From NCBI GenBank assembly GCA_041650895.1, contig JBAZKF010000001.1, forward strand, positions 701,181-765,180: a DNA stretch of 64,000 nucleotides. Reading direction: 5' to 3'. This DNA is from Patescibacteria group bacterium (lineage in GTDB: Bacteria; Patescibacteriota; Patescibacteriia; 2-01-FULL-39-33). Under the pieces are notes generated by a model. That model was not told where the DNA came from, did not search any database, and saw nothing but the letters and a program-made list of their open reading frames with translations. Each line of letters begins with the position of its first letter. The first letter of the stretch is position 1. The position numbers and the translations under genes were made by a program. Positions 40,168 through 49,021 of the stretch are shown piece after piece.

Positions 40168-40938
40168 ATGATTGGAATTTTCGATTCTGGCGTTGGCGGT
40201 TTAACCGTAGTGAAAGAAATAAAAAAACAGTTGCCCGACTGCTCTTTTGTCTATTTGGGTGATAACGCTCGTACGCCTTATGGCGCAAGATCACAGGAAA
40301 CTATACAGAAGTATTCCTGTGAGATTGTTGATTTCTTGATCGGTCAGGGGGTTACGGCGATTGTCGTGGCTTGTAACACGGCCTCGGCTTTTGCCGGGGA
40401 AATGTTACAACAAAAATATCAATTGCCGATTTTTGAAGTGATTACCCCGGCCGCTACGGCGGCAGTAAGATTAACTAAGGGCAGGGTCGGCGTTATCGGT
40501 ACTAGAGGTACCATTAACAGCCGAGCCTATGAAAGAGCGATTAAAAGTTTTAATTCGGAAATAGAAGTGAAAAACGCGGCCTGCCCCTTGTTTGTCCCGT
40601 TAATTGAAGAAGATTGGCTGAATAAACCGGAAATAAAAACAATCGCCCGTAAGTATCTCTATCCCCTTAAATGTCAAGAGATTGATGTGTTGATTTTGGG
40701 CTGTACTCATTATCCGTTAATAAAGAAAATTATCGCCGATAAAATAGGGCGCCGAGTAAAACTGATTGATCCGGCTGAAGAAGCAGTTAAAATGCTTAAA
40801 CGGTATTTGTCAGATAACCCTCAGAGACAGAAAGGCCGGCAAGAGTATTTTGTTACCGATTTGAGTAGTCGTTTTAAAGAAATTGCCAAGAATTGGTTGA
40901 AAGAGGATATCCAAATTAAAAAAGCCGACTTAAATTAA
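40168..40938 (+). CDS. murI: Glutamate racemase
   Basis: MIGIFDSGVGGLTV, VVACNTAS, LGCTHYPL. Confidence 0.9.
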   Translation: MIGIFDSGVGGLTVVKEIKKQLPDCSFVYLGDNARTPYGARSQETIQKYSCEIVDFLIGQGVTAIVVACNTASAFAGEMLQQKYQLPIFEVITPAATAAVRLTKGRVGVIGTRGTINSRAYERAIKSFNSEIEVKNAACPLFVPLIEEDWLNKPEIKTIARKYLYPLKCQEIDVLILGCTHYPLIKKIIADKIGRRVKLIDPAEEAVKMLKRYLSDNPQRQKGRQEYFVTDLSSRFKEIAKNWLKEDIQIKKADLN

Positions 40939-41035
40939 GGTCGGTTTTTTTATCTTGACTTTTTACTGAAAGTGGTATAAATTATACATTCTGAATGTTC
41001 CTTACATTAATGATCAACCTAAAGGAGAAAGAACC

Positions 41036-42412
41036 ATGAATAAGCGGTTGTTGCTGGGTGTTGCCTTGTGTGTCGCTTCATTTATCTTAATCACTGGTTG
41101 CGATGATCGTCCGCCGGAATTTACCCTTCAGCCGCTTCCCCGCATTGTTAACCCGGGAAGCGAAGTGCAATTTATTTGTGATGCTGATCGGGCTTGGAGC
41201 TGGCAGTGGCAAAAAAACGGAGAGAATATCGTTAATGCCAATTCCAATATCTACATTATTCCTTCGGCGGTTATTGACGATGAGGGAAATTATGTTTGCG
41301 TCGTTGGTAATCCTCATGGGCAAATATTTTCTGTTATCGCCACATTGAAAGTCAATCGACCCCTAATCATAGTGGCTGAGCCTCAGGATATTGAAATTGA
41401 AGCGGGGCAAATGTTTGTTTTGAGGGTTCTAGTGATTGGCACTCAACCTTGGCGTTTTCAGTGGTATCAAGACGGCAGTTTATTACCTTGGGCCAACCTT
41501 AGCGATCTGACCGTATCGGCTGCTGACGCCAATCATGCCGGTAGTTATTTTTGCGTAGTTAATAATATCACTAATCAACCAGTCGTTTCGCGGATCGTCG
41601 CTGTAAAGATTATCGCTCAGGAAGGCGAAGGTGAAGGCGAAGGTGAAGGCGAAGGTGAAGGTGAAGGCGAAGGCGAAGGTGAAGGCGAAGGCGAAGGTGA
41701 AGGCGAAGATTTTTGCCTTAATACTAATGAAGGTGATGATCCCAGCGACCCCCTGCCGGAACCGCTTAGCAGTTTTTGTGCTTGCTATCAGAAAGTTTAC
41801 GAAGCGCCACGGGCGATATTGGGTGACTATGGAAGTATTTTGGACTTGTTTGAACCAAATACTGCCGATGTCAATGGTAGCCTCTGGATTGACCAAAGAA
41901 CTGACCCGGTAACCTATGATGCGACTGGCAATAACTACCTTGATTGCGTAATAGAACTCAAATTAGTGGAAATAGTGCTGAAGGATTCGGAATTTTGCTT
42001 GCCTAATGGTTTGAACCATAAGTTATTGCATTACGCTTGGAATTACAATGAAGAACGATTCGCCACTGACTTCGGTACTTATTGGCAATTAGCGTCATTA
42101 ATTTTTCCCGGCCTGGAAGAGGTTTTGGCCGGCCATATGCTGATAGGCGACGGCCAAGCTGATTATTCGGTGGAAAAGTATATTTCCGGTACCGGGTCAA
42201 TCGGTATGGTTTTGGGGATGGCTTTCATTTTTGGCGATAAAATACCGAATTGTCGGCTTAACTTGTCCCAGTATATGACTTTTCCTGAGTATTTTGCCCC
42301 TAGTGGCGACGCCGATGGCGACGGCTATACCAATAGTGAGGAATTTGCGACTTACGGGACTGTTCCCGATCTTTACGTGGCCAACGCCCTTGATCCGGAA
42401 ATTCATCCGTAG
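41036..42412 (+). CDS. Lipoprotein with two Ig-like (I-set-like) domains, (Gly-Glu)n linker and C-terminal domain
   Basis: Lipobox LITGC; GNYVCVVGNPHG and GSYFCVVNN Ig strand-F signatures; EGEGEGEG x~14 encoded by a GAAGGC/GAAGGT microsatellite. Confidence 0.6.
   Translation: MNKRLLLGVALCVASFILITGCDDRPPEFTLQPLPRIVNPGSEVQFICDADRAWSWQWQKNGENIVNANSNIYIIPSAVIDDEGNYVCVVGNPHGQIFSVIATLKVNRPLIIVAEPQDIEIEAGQMFVLRVLVIGTQPWRFQWYQDGSLLPWANLSDLTVSAADANHAGSYFCVVNNITNQPVVSRIVAVKIIAQEGEGEGEGEGEGEGEGEGEGEGEGEGEGEDFCLNTNEGDDPSDPLPEPLSSFCACYQKVYEAPRAILGDYGSILDLFEPNTADVNGSLWIDQRTDPVTYDATGNNYLDCVIELKLVEIVLKDSEFCLPNGLNHKLLHYAWNYNEERFATDFGTYWQLASLIFPGLEEVLAGHMLIGDGQADYSVEKYISGTGSIGMVLGMAFIFGDKIPNCRLNLSQYMTFPEYFAPSGDADGDGYTNSEEFATYGTVPDLYVANALDPEIHP
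41621..41709 (+). repeat. Coding microsatellite (GAAGGY)n encoding (Glu-Gly)n linker
   Basis: ~15 tandem hexamers gaaggc/gaaggt inside the Ig-like lipoprotein gene. Confidence 0.9.
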
Positions 42413-42601
42413 AAAAATCCATAGAAAACATAGAATATTAATTAAACTCGTCATTTGGCGGGTTTTTTATTTATTCTTGACAAATGTGGATATTTTGTTA
42501 AGATTACCTATTAATATAGAACCTTGACAATTTAACAGTAGTAGGGCCTTGGTCCGCGTAAACAGGCAACAAAACCGGTTTAGCCGGAGAGAGGATGTAT
42601 A

Positions 42602-43987
42602 ATGCCAGCAGTGAAACAGCCGAAGCCATTACCCGTCAACCCCGAAGCCAAGATTTATGTTTTGGATACCAGCACGATTATTAATTCCGCCGGTATCATC
42701 GATATTTTGGGGGATAACGTTATTGTAGTTCCGATTTGGGTAATTGAAGAGCTGGACAATATGAAAAAGGGTGTCAGTGAAAAAGCCCGGATCGCTCGTA
42801 ATTTTTCCAAGCTCATGGACAAATACCGCGAACAAGGCAAATTGACCGAGGGCGTAAAAACCCAAGCCGGTGGATTACTCTTTGTCTCTTGTGAAATGGC
42901 TGAATGGGGAGATTTGCCGGCTGGCATGCAGAATAACAATGACAATCGCATTGTCATGGTAGCTCGCAAGTGGTCTCTTGATTATCCTGAACGTCGTGTG
43001 GTTGTCCTTAGTTGCGATGTCAACCAGCGTATTAAGGCTGACGTGATGGGGGTAGAAGCGCAAAATTATCAGCACAATGAAACAAATTATTTATTGGATC
43101 GTTTGTATTCCGATATCACGCGGGTGGAATTGCTTGACAGCCAAGGTGGCTTTTTGGTTGAATTGCATCAAAAAGGATTTATCCCAGTAGCCAGCTTCAG
43201 CGATAGGCAATTGGACAACCTTCGTTCTAATGAGTGTTGTTATCTTTGTCTTGGAGACAAATCGGCCATGGTAATTTATAAACAGGGAGTTGGTTTTAAC
43301 CTAGTACCTAAGCCGAAGCTTCAAGAACGGGACAAAACCGGAATAATCAAACCCGTCGGTCCTTATCAGGCTTTTGCTGCTGCCTTGTTGGCCGATGATG
43401 GTATTATAGGCGTCTCTTTTGACGGCGTTCCCGGAGCCGGTAAATCGGTTTTGCCGATTCATTACGCTCTAAAGGGTATTGCTGCCGGCAAGTATCAAGA
43501 CTTAGTCGTCTTCCGACCCTATGATTTCAGAGGTATGGGATTTTTGAAGGGTGATGCCGAACAAAAGTTCGGTCCTTATACTGATGCTATAGTCAGTCGA
43601 ATCAGCGAAGCCTTGCAATCGCTTCGGAATGAGGGATGCCAATTTTTTCAAGAGCGAGGTATCAATACGGTCAATGATTTGAAAACCAAGGGCTTTTTTG
43701 AAATACGGCCGATTGATTTTGTGGCCGGTGAAACCATTCTTAACTCAGTAGTGATAATTGATGAAGTCCAAAACTTTACCTGGTATGAAGCTTACCTGCT
43801 CTGTACCCGTCCCGGAGATGGTTGCAAGATCATTGTTAACGGCGATTTGAGCCAGATCAGGGATCGCGATCGAATGGAGGATAACGGATTGGTTTGGGTG
43901 ATTAAGAAGAATATTGATCACCCGGCGGCGGCGCATTTGTCCTTGCGTAGCAATGTACGCAGGGGGCCGTCTTCTATCTACGCGTAA
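42602..43987 (+). CDS. PhoH-like ATPase with N-terminal PIN domain (YlaK-type)
   Basis: PIN: IYVLDTSTII...IWVIEELD; Walker A GVPGAGKS. Confidence 0.8.
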   Translation: MPAVKQPKPLPVNPEAKIYVLDTSTIINSAGIIDILGDNVIVVPIWVIEELDNMKKGVSEKARIARNFSKLMDKYREQGKLTEGVKTQAGGLLFVSCEMAEWGDLPAGMQNNNDNRIVMVARKWSLDYPERRVVVLSCDVNQRIKADVMGVEAQNYQHNETNYLLDRLYSDITRVELLDSQGGFLVELHQKGFIPVASFSDRQLDNLRSNECCYLCLGDKSAMVIYKQGVGFNLVPKPKLQERDKTGIIKPVGPYQAFAAALLADDGIIGVSFDGVPGAGKSVLPIHYALKGIAAGKYQDLVVFRPYDFRGMGFLKGDAEQKFGPYTDAIVSRISEALQSLRNEGCQFFQERGINTVNDLKTKGFFEIRPIDFVAGETILNSVVIIDEVQNFTWYEAYLLCTRPGDGCKIIVNGDLSQIRDRDRMEDNGLVWVIKKNIDHPAAAHLSLRSNVRRGPSSIYA

Positions 43988-44115
43988 CTAAAAAAGTGTC
44001 ACTAACAGCTGTCGAAAATTTTCGGCAGCTTTTTTAATTTGACATATTTCTTGCGGCATCCTATGATGACCACATCAGCCCCGTCTCTTAACTGCAAATA
44101 CAAAAGGAGGCAATT

Positions 44116-44352
44116 ATGGCGATTAGCTCGATTTTAGTCGATACCAAGTTAGGGCAGAAAATAATGATTATTGAATCGTGTTTCTTGGCTACTATGCCGG
44201 ATAACGTCCATGATTTAGTGTTCATTAATCTGAACGGCCGGTTGTTAGTGGAATGCACTTGCACCTTCAGTAATCTAATTTGCCGGCGTGAGCCCACGAC
44301 AGCTGAAATCGAGATATTTGGGCGCCTGCGCAGTCATAATCATTCAACATAA
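44116..44352 (+). CDS. Small hypothetical protein
   Basis: Strong RBS AAAAGGAGG 6 nt upstream, terminator at 44393-44423; preferred over the overlapping minus-strand ORF 44088..44297. Confidence 0.4.
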   Translation: MAISSILVDTKLGQKIMIIESCFLATMPDNVHDLVFINLNGRLLVECTCTFSNLICRREPTTAEIEIFGRLRSHNHST

Positions 44353-44444
44353 CCCTTCTCTTACAGGAGGGTTTTAAATTAAAAAAACCGCAGAAGATCA
44401 CTTGCGGTTTGGCATAAGGTGCGATGATTATCCGGTAATTGCGG

Positions 44445-45416
44445 TTAATTGGCGGTAGTCAGGCCTGTTTTGATCTTACTCAAGATGTCGGCTGTCGCCT
44501 CCATTTTGGCGCGACGGATGGCATTAGCAATGGCTAAGGGCTGTGATTTTCCATGGGCGATTATCTCAATTCCATCAACACCCAAAAGAATTGCTCCGCC
44601 GATTTCTTCGTGGTCGGTTTTTTTATGGTGTCCGTAAAGGAAAGAAAAAATTTTCCAGATGAATCCCAACTTATCCTTAATCAGTTTCATTACTCCCTCG
44701 GCTACCTTGATGGTGTTATTACCGATTTCCCCGGGACAAACGATAACATTGACTGGTTCGGTAAAAATTCTATCACCCTCAATATTGCCTTGGTAATTTA
44801 AGCCGTTTTGCTGTTTGAGTAGTTCATCAGCCAATTTCAGAGTGTCATTACCCTTACCTGACTCACTGCCGATATTCAATAACTTAATGATCGGCTGTTC
44901 CAAACCCCATATTTCTTTGGCATAGATTGAACCCATTAAAGCGCAATTAACCAGGTCAATGGCTTGGGCGTTATGAATTGCTCCGGAATCCAGAAGCAGA
45001 CAAGGGCCGCATTCATTGGGCAAGGGCACGGCGATGGCTGGTTGCAGGCCGCGTTTGATGCGTCCCAGAATTATCGTTCCCCACAAAACCATCGCGCCCG
45101 TGTTACCGGCGGAGACGAAAGCTTCGGCGCCTTCGCTCGTGTTCTTCAGCAGTCTGACGCCTCGGGCAATAGTGGAATCTTTTTTCTTTCTGATTTGTTC
45201 TTTGTTGTCGGACATTTCAATTCTTTCTGAACAGCATAAAAATGACAGTCCGTTGAGTTTTTTATTCTTCTTAGCTAGAGCGACTGTCGCTTCCGTACCC
45301 ACTGCCAAAAGCTCTTCCGGCTTGACGTATCCAAGTTTTAAAGCTAACTGTATGCCCTTGATGATGTTATGAGGTGATTTGTCACCGCCGTTTAAATCGA
45401 TTGCTATATTTAGCAT
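44445..45416 (-). CDS. plsX: Phosphate acyltransferase PlsX
   Basis: MLNIAIDLNGGDKSP...; 323 aa. Confidence 0.85.
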   Translation of the reverse strand: MLNIAIDLNGGDKSPHNIIKGIQLALKLGYVKPEELLAVGTEATVALAKKNKKLNGLSFLCCSERIEMSDNKEQIRKKKDSTIARGVRLLKNTSEGAEAFVSAGNTGAMVLWGTIILGRIKRGLQPAIAVPLPNECGPCLLLDSGAIHNAQAIDLVNCALMGSIYAKEIWGLEQPIIKLLNIGSESGKGNDTLKLADELLKQQNGLNYQGNIEGDRIFTEPVNVIVCPGEIGNNTIKVAEGVMKLIKDKLGFIWKIFSFLYGHHKKTDHEEIGGAILLGVDGIEIIAHGKSQPLAIANAIRRAKMEATADILSKIKTGLTTAN

Positions 45417-45559
45417 GACTACCTCCTTTGTTTTTTAAAAGTGCGAATTGTCAATTCTGAAAACATTTTACCATAATATTGCGCTTTGGCAAACAATATT
45501 TTTCGATATAACAAAACCCCGCTATAAACGGGGTTTTGTGGCGTTGTTACGCTTTTGTA

Positions 45560-46927
45560 TTATTTTTCGATTACCACTTCTTTGGTTTCGTCTTCTTTGG
45601 CCTTCTCGCTTTTTGGCTTACGGCCGCGTTTTTTGACTTCTTTCTTTTCTTCTTTTTTTTCGTCTTCAGCCGATTCTTCAGTTTTGACTTCAGCTGTTTC
45701 TCCCGGTGCTTCTTCTGCTGCAACCTTTTCTGTCTTTTCGGTTTTTTCCGTCTTGCTCGGCTTAACCAAAGACAATCCTAAGCGATGATTCTTGGAGTCC
45801 AAGGAGACGACGTAGAAGTCTTTTTTTTCGCCTTCCTTGGCAACCTCTGACGGATCCTTGATTGGCTTGTCAGATAGCTGGGAAACATGGGCTAAACCCT
45901 GGATGTTTTCTCCTAATTCCACGAATAAACCGAACGGATTGACTTTAATGATAGTGCCGGAGATTTTTTGGCCAATTTCAAATCTTTTTTCAATGCCAAC
46001 CCAAGGATCATGCTCTAATTTTTTCATGGATAAGAAGATTTTGGAATTTTCAATGGAAATGATTTCCGCTTGGACTTTTTGTCCGACTTTGACAAAATTA
46101 TGCGGGTTATCTATTCTTTGCCAGGCAATTTCTGAAATATGGATCAGCCCCTCCAATTTGTCGTCAAATTCCACGAAGACGCCAAAATCAGTTACGGCTG
46201 TAACTACGCCTTCAACGATCATGCCGACTTTGTATTTATTTATGACGTCGCGCTGGGTTTCTTCCCAGGCAGCTTTTTCTGAAATAATCAGCTTGTCTTC
46301 ATCCTCATTAGCATCAATGACCTTAATGTCGAATTTTTTGCCGACATAGCTTTTAAGGATTTCGTAGATGCGGTTCTTATCTCCGCCTGGAATGCGCGGG
46401 TAATGTTCGGGCGCCAATTGAGAAACAGGCAAGAAACCGGAAACAGTGTCAACTTTGGCCAATAAACCGCCCTTGTTAGCTTCGGTGATAGTGGCAGAAA
46501 TAATTTCTCCTGATTTAACGTAATCTCTAAGGGTTTGCCAGGCCTTTTGTCTGCCGGCGTATTGGAAAGATAATTCCACTTCGCCATTTTCATTCTCTAA
46601 CTCCAAAACTGTCGCTTCAATGGTGTCGCCGATAGCTAGGTTTTTGTATTGCTCGGCTTCAGCATAGCGTTCGCGGCCACGGACTACGCCGGTGGCTACA
46701 CCGCCTAAATCAATATGGATAGCATTGTTGTCAATGGCAATAATTCTGCCGGTAACCAATTCGCCTGTTTTAGGCAAATTAAAATACTGCTTGCTTTCAA
46801 GCAGTTCATTCATTACGGAATCCTTTTTAGGTTGGATCATGCTCATATAATAAAAGCCATATATTAACTCGGAACGGGTGAGCGGTCTAACTGGCTTAAT
46901 CGGCCGCTTTACCTTTTTCGTCCTCAA
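45560..46927 (-). CDS. rpsA: 30S ribosomal protein S1 (four S1 domains) with Lys/Glu-rich C-terminal tail; true start possibly at internal Met (46846)
   Basis: Repeated S1 motifs (GxV..I...G.FV.L, etc.), KEKKE tail; terminator on the minus strand at 45508-45538. Confidence 0.85.
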   Translation of the reverse strand: MRTKKVKRPIKPVRPLTRSELIYGFYYMSMIQPKKDSVMNELLESKQYFNLPKTGELVTGRIIAIDNNAIHIDLGGVATGVVRGRERYAEAEQYKNLAIGDTIEATVLELENENGEVELSFQYAGRQKAWQTLRDYVKSGEIISATITEANKGGLLAKVDTVSGFLPVSQLAPEHYPRIPGGDKNRIYEILKSYVGKKFDIKVIDANEDEDKLIISEKAAWEETQRDVINKYKVGMIVEGVVTAVTDFGVFVEFDDKLEGLIHISEIAWQRIDNPHNFVKVGQKVQAEIISIENSKIFLSMKKLEHDPWVGIEKRFEIGQKISGTIIKVNPFGLFVELGENIQGLAHVSQLSDKPIKDPSEVAKEGEKKDFYVVSLDSKNHRLGLSLVKPSKTEKTEKTEKVAAEEAPGETAEVKTEESAEDEKKEEKKEVKKRGRKPKSEKAKEDETKEVVIEK

Positions 46928-47006
46928 GCCCCGTTTTTTATAGTGTTACGGGTAAATTAATTAAGGTATTGAAATTATAGCAAAAGCATGGTAATATGTC
47001 AAGCAT

Positions 47007-47333
47007 ATGGCATTTATTAAAAAAATTGAGGATTTTAAGTGTGGGTATTGCGGGACTGAGGTTAAGGGGTCAGGCTATACCAATCATTGCCCCAAATGTT
47101 TATGGTCTAAACATGTGGATATTGAGCCGGGTGATCGCCAAGCGGAATGCGGCGGTTTGATGCGGCCGGTCGATCTGTATTATCATAGCGGCAGATGGAT
47201 TATCTCTCAGCGTTGCGAATCTTGCGGTTTCATCCGCAAGGACAAGATCAGGGAAGAAGATGATACAAATGAAGTGATCCGGTTAGAGAAAGAGCTGGCT
47301 GAGAAAAAACTCCGCCAAATCAGACAAATATAG
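47007..47333 (+). CDS. RNHCP-domain zinc-ribbon protein
   Basis: CGYCG...TNHCPKCLWSKHVD...CGG...CESCG. Confidence 0.65.
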   Translation: MAFIKKIEDFKCGYCGTEVKGSGYTNHCPKCLWSKHVDIEPGDRQAECGGLMRPVDLYYHSGRWIISQRCESCGFIRKDKIREEDDTNEVIRLEKELAEKKLRQIRQI

Positions 47334-47335
47334 AG

Positions 47336-47364
47336 ACTTGACAATTTTGTCTATTGGGGGTAGA
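47336..47364 (+). promoter_or_regulatory. Sigma70-type promoter TTGACA-17-TAGAAT
   Basis: Near-consensus hexamers with 17-nt spacer upstream of greA; transcript meets a terminator at 47461-47500 before greA. Confidence 0.6.
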
Positions 47365-47460
47365 ATAAGTTTATTATGCTTTATAGTTTGGAAAAAATTG
47401 AACTAAGCGGCTGTTTGCCAAAACCATTAAGCCTCAGCCAAAACAAACCCATCAATAATA

Positions 47461-47500
47461 CCGCCCGTTAGGATCAAAAATCCCCGGGCGGTTTTATTTT
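47461..47500 (+). terminator. Intrinsic terminator (leader terminator upstream of greA)
   Basis: CCGCCCG...CGGGCGG stem followed by TTTTATTTTT. Confidence 0.65.
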
Positions 47501-47529
47501 TACTAATTTATTTTTGCTAAATAATTTTT

Positions 47530-48009
47530 ATGAAGTATTTTTTTCTTTCTGCAGATTATGACCGATTGATAGTCAAACGACAAGAGTTGGCGAGTAATTA
47601 TCAACAAATAAAAAGCGAGTTAGCCGAAGACTCCAGCCAGAGTTCTGAGACTTGGCATGATAATTACATTTTTGAACAAGCTATGCGCGATTTGGATTTG
47701 TATGGCAAGCGTCTGGCGGAAATTGATAAGATGATCCGTCAAGCGGAAATAATTTTTCCGGCCAATGGGAATGATTCGGTCGCTATTGGCAATGGAGTGG
47801 AGTTAGCTGATGACCAAGGATTAAAGATGGTTTTTAAAATTGGCAGTTATAATTCCGGTGGCTGGTTGGAAACCGAGGGAAATAGGATTGCTGTCGTCGC
47901 TTATAATAGTCCGTTGGGCCAAAAGCTTTTGCATCGTCAGGTTGGTGAAGAATTAGAATTATTATCATCCGGTAATATTAAAAAATATCGGATTGGGATG
48001 ATTGATTAG
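47530..48009 (+). CDS. greA: Transcription elongation factor GreA
   Basis: N-terminal coiled coil, C-terminal FKBP-like domain with ...AYNSPLGQKLLHRQVGEELEL. Confidence 0.8.
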   Translation: MKYFFLSADYDRLIVKRQELASNYQQIKSELAEDSSQSSETWHDNYIFEQAMRDLDLYGKRLAEIDKMIRQAEIIFPANGNDSVAIGNGVELADDQGLKMVFKIGSYNSGGWLETEGNRIAVVAYNSPLGQKLLHRQVGEELELLSSGNIKKYRIGMID

Positions 48010-48078
48010 CCGGCTAACTAACTCGGCCGTTGTTTTTGGTGTTTTATTTGTGGTATACTATAAAAGTAAGTTAAGCCC

Positions 48079-48963
48079 ATGCATGATTTTTACGTCATTT
48101 TAATCACCAGCGCTTTAGCGGCCTTCATGGTCGTTGTTATTGTTTGTTTTTTTGTTTCCATTATTAGGCGCGAGCGTTTGATGTTAAAGAAAAATCGTGA
48201 ACTATTGGCCAAGTTGCAACAGGCTAATAGTGAGTTGCAACGGCTTGATGACGCCAAGTCGGAATTTTTATCCATCGCCTCTCACCAATTGCGTACGCCT
48301 ACTACGATTATCAAGGGTTACATTTCCATGATGGAAGAAGGCAGTTTCGGCAAGGTGCCTAAAGTGGTCAAGGAAAATTTGGAAAAAGTCCATATTGCCA
48401 CCGAACGCTTGCTTAATTTGATTGAAAATTTATTGGACATTTCTCGCATTGAGGCCGGACGTTTGGAGTTTGATATCCGGCCGGTTGATTTGACTAAAAT
48501 CGCCGAAGAATTAAAAGATGAGTTCCAAAGCAAGGCAAATGCTAAGAAAATAAAATTGGAAGTCTATTATCCCGATAATCTTCCCTCTGCCAAGACCGAT
48601 ATGGTTAAAATCAAGGAGGTCGCCTCTAATTTAGTGGATAATGCCCTTAAGTATACCAAGAAAGGTGAAGTGAGTATTGACCTGCATCAAGAGGGTCAGT
48701 CATTGGTATTCTCTGTCAGTGATACGGGTTTGGGTATTTCAGCTGAAGATCTGAATCGCTTGTTCAATAAATTTGTGCGGGGCAAGAATATGACTATTGT
48801 CCATCCCGAAGGCACGGGCCTGGGTTTGTATTTTGCCCGGGTGGTTATTGAGAATTTGGGTGGTCGAATTTGGGGCGAGTCGCCAGGCAAGGGCCGAGGC
48901 AGCAAATTCAGCTTTTCTTTGCCTTTGGCGGATAAGAAAAAGGCTAAGAAAGTTTCCGGTTGA
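48079..48963 (+). CDS. Sensor histidine kinase (TM + HisKA + HATPase_c)
   Basis: H-box SHQLRTP; N, G1 (DTGLGI) and G2 (GTGLGL) boxes. Confidence 0.85.
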   Translation: MHDFYVILITSALAAFMVVVIVCFFVSIIRRERLMLKKNRELLAKLQQANSELQRLDDAKSEFLSIASHQLRTPTTIIKGYISMMEEGSFGKVPKVVKENLEKVHIATERLLNLIENLLDISRIEAGRLEFDIRPVDLTKIAEELKDEFQSKANAKKIKLEVYYPDNLPSAKTDMVKIKEVASNLVDNALKYTKKGEVSIDLHQEGQSLVFSVSDTGLGISAEDLNRLFNKFVRGKNMTIVHPEGTGLGLYFARVVIENLGGRIWGESPGKGRGSKFSFSLPLADKKKAKKVSG

Positions 48964-49021
48964 ATTTGATTCTTAACGATAAAAAGAGACGCTCTTCAGA
49001 GCGTCTCTTTTGAAATGCGGG

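Noticed and set aside
41621-41709. Possible CRISPR-like short repeats
   Set aside because: Hexamer coding microsatellite inside an ORF with no spacers; the 30-bp x2 repeat at 37411-37470 is likewise coding. No CRISPR array features anywhere in the window.
44088-44297. Minus-strand 69-aa ORF
   Set aside because: Overlaps the plus-strand ORF 44116..44352, which has a strong AAAAGGAGG SD and downstream terminator; plus strand preferred.
47374-47520. Small ORF starting at the predicted TSS of the greA-upstream promoter
   Set aside because: Reads straight through the terminator hairpin and U-tract with no conservation cues; more likely non-coding leader RNA.
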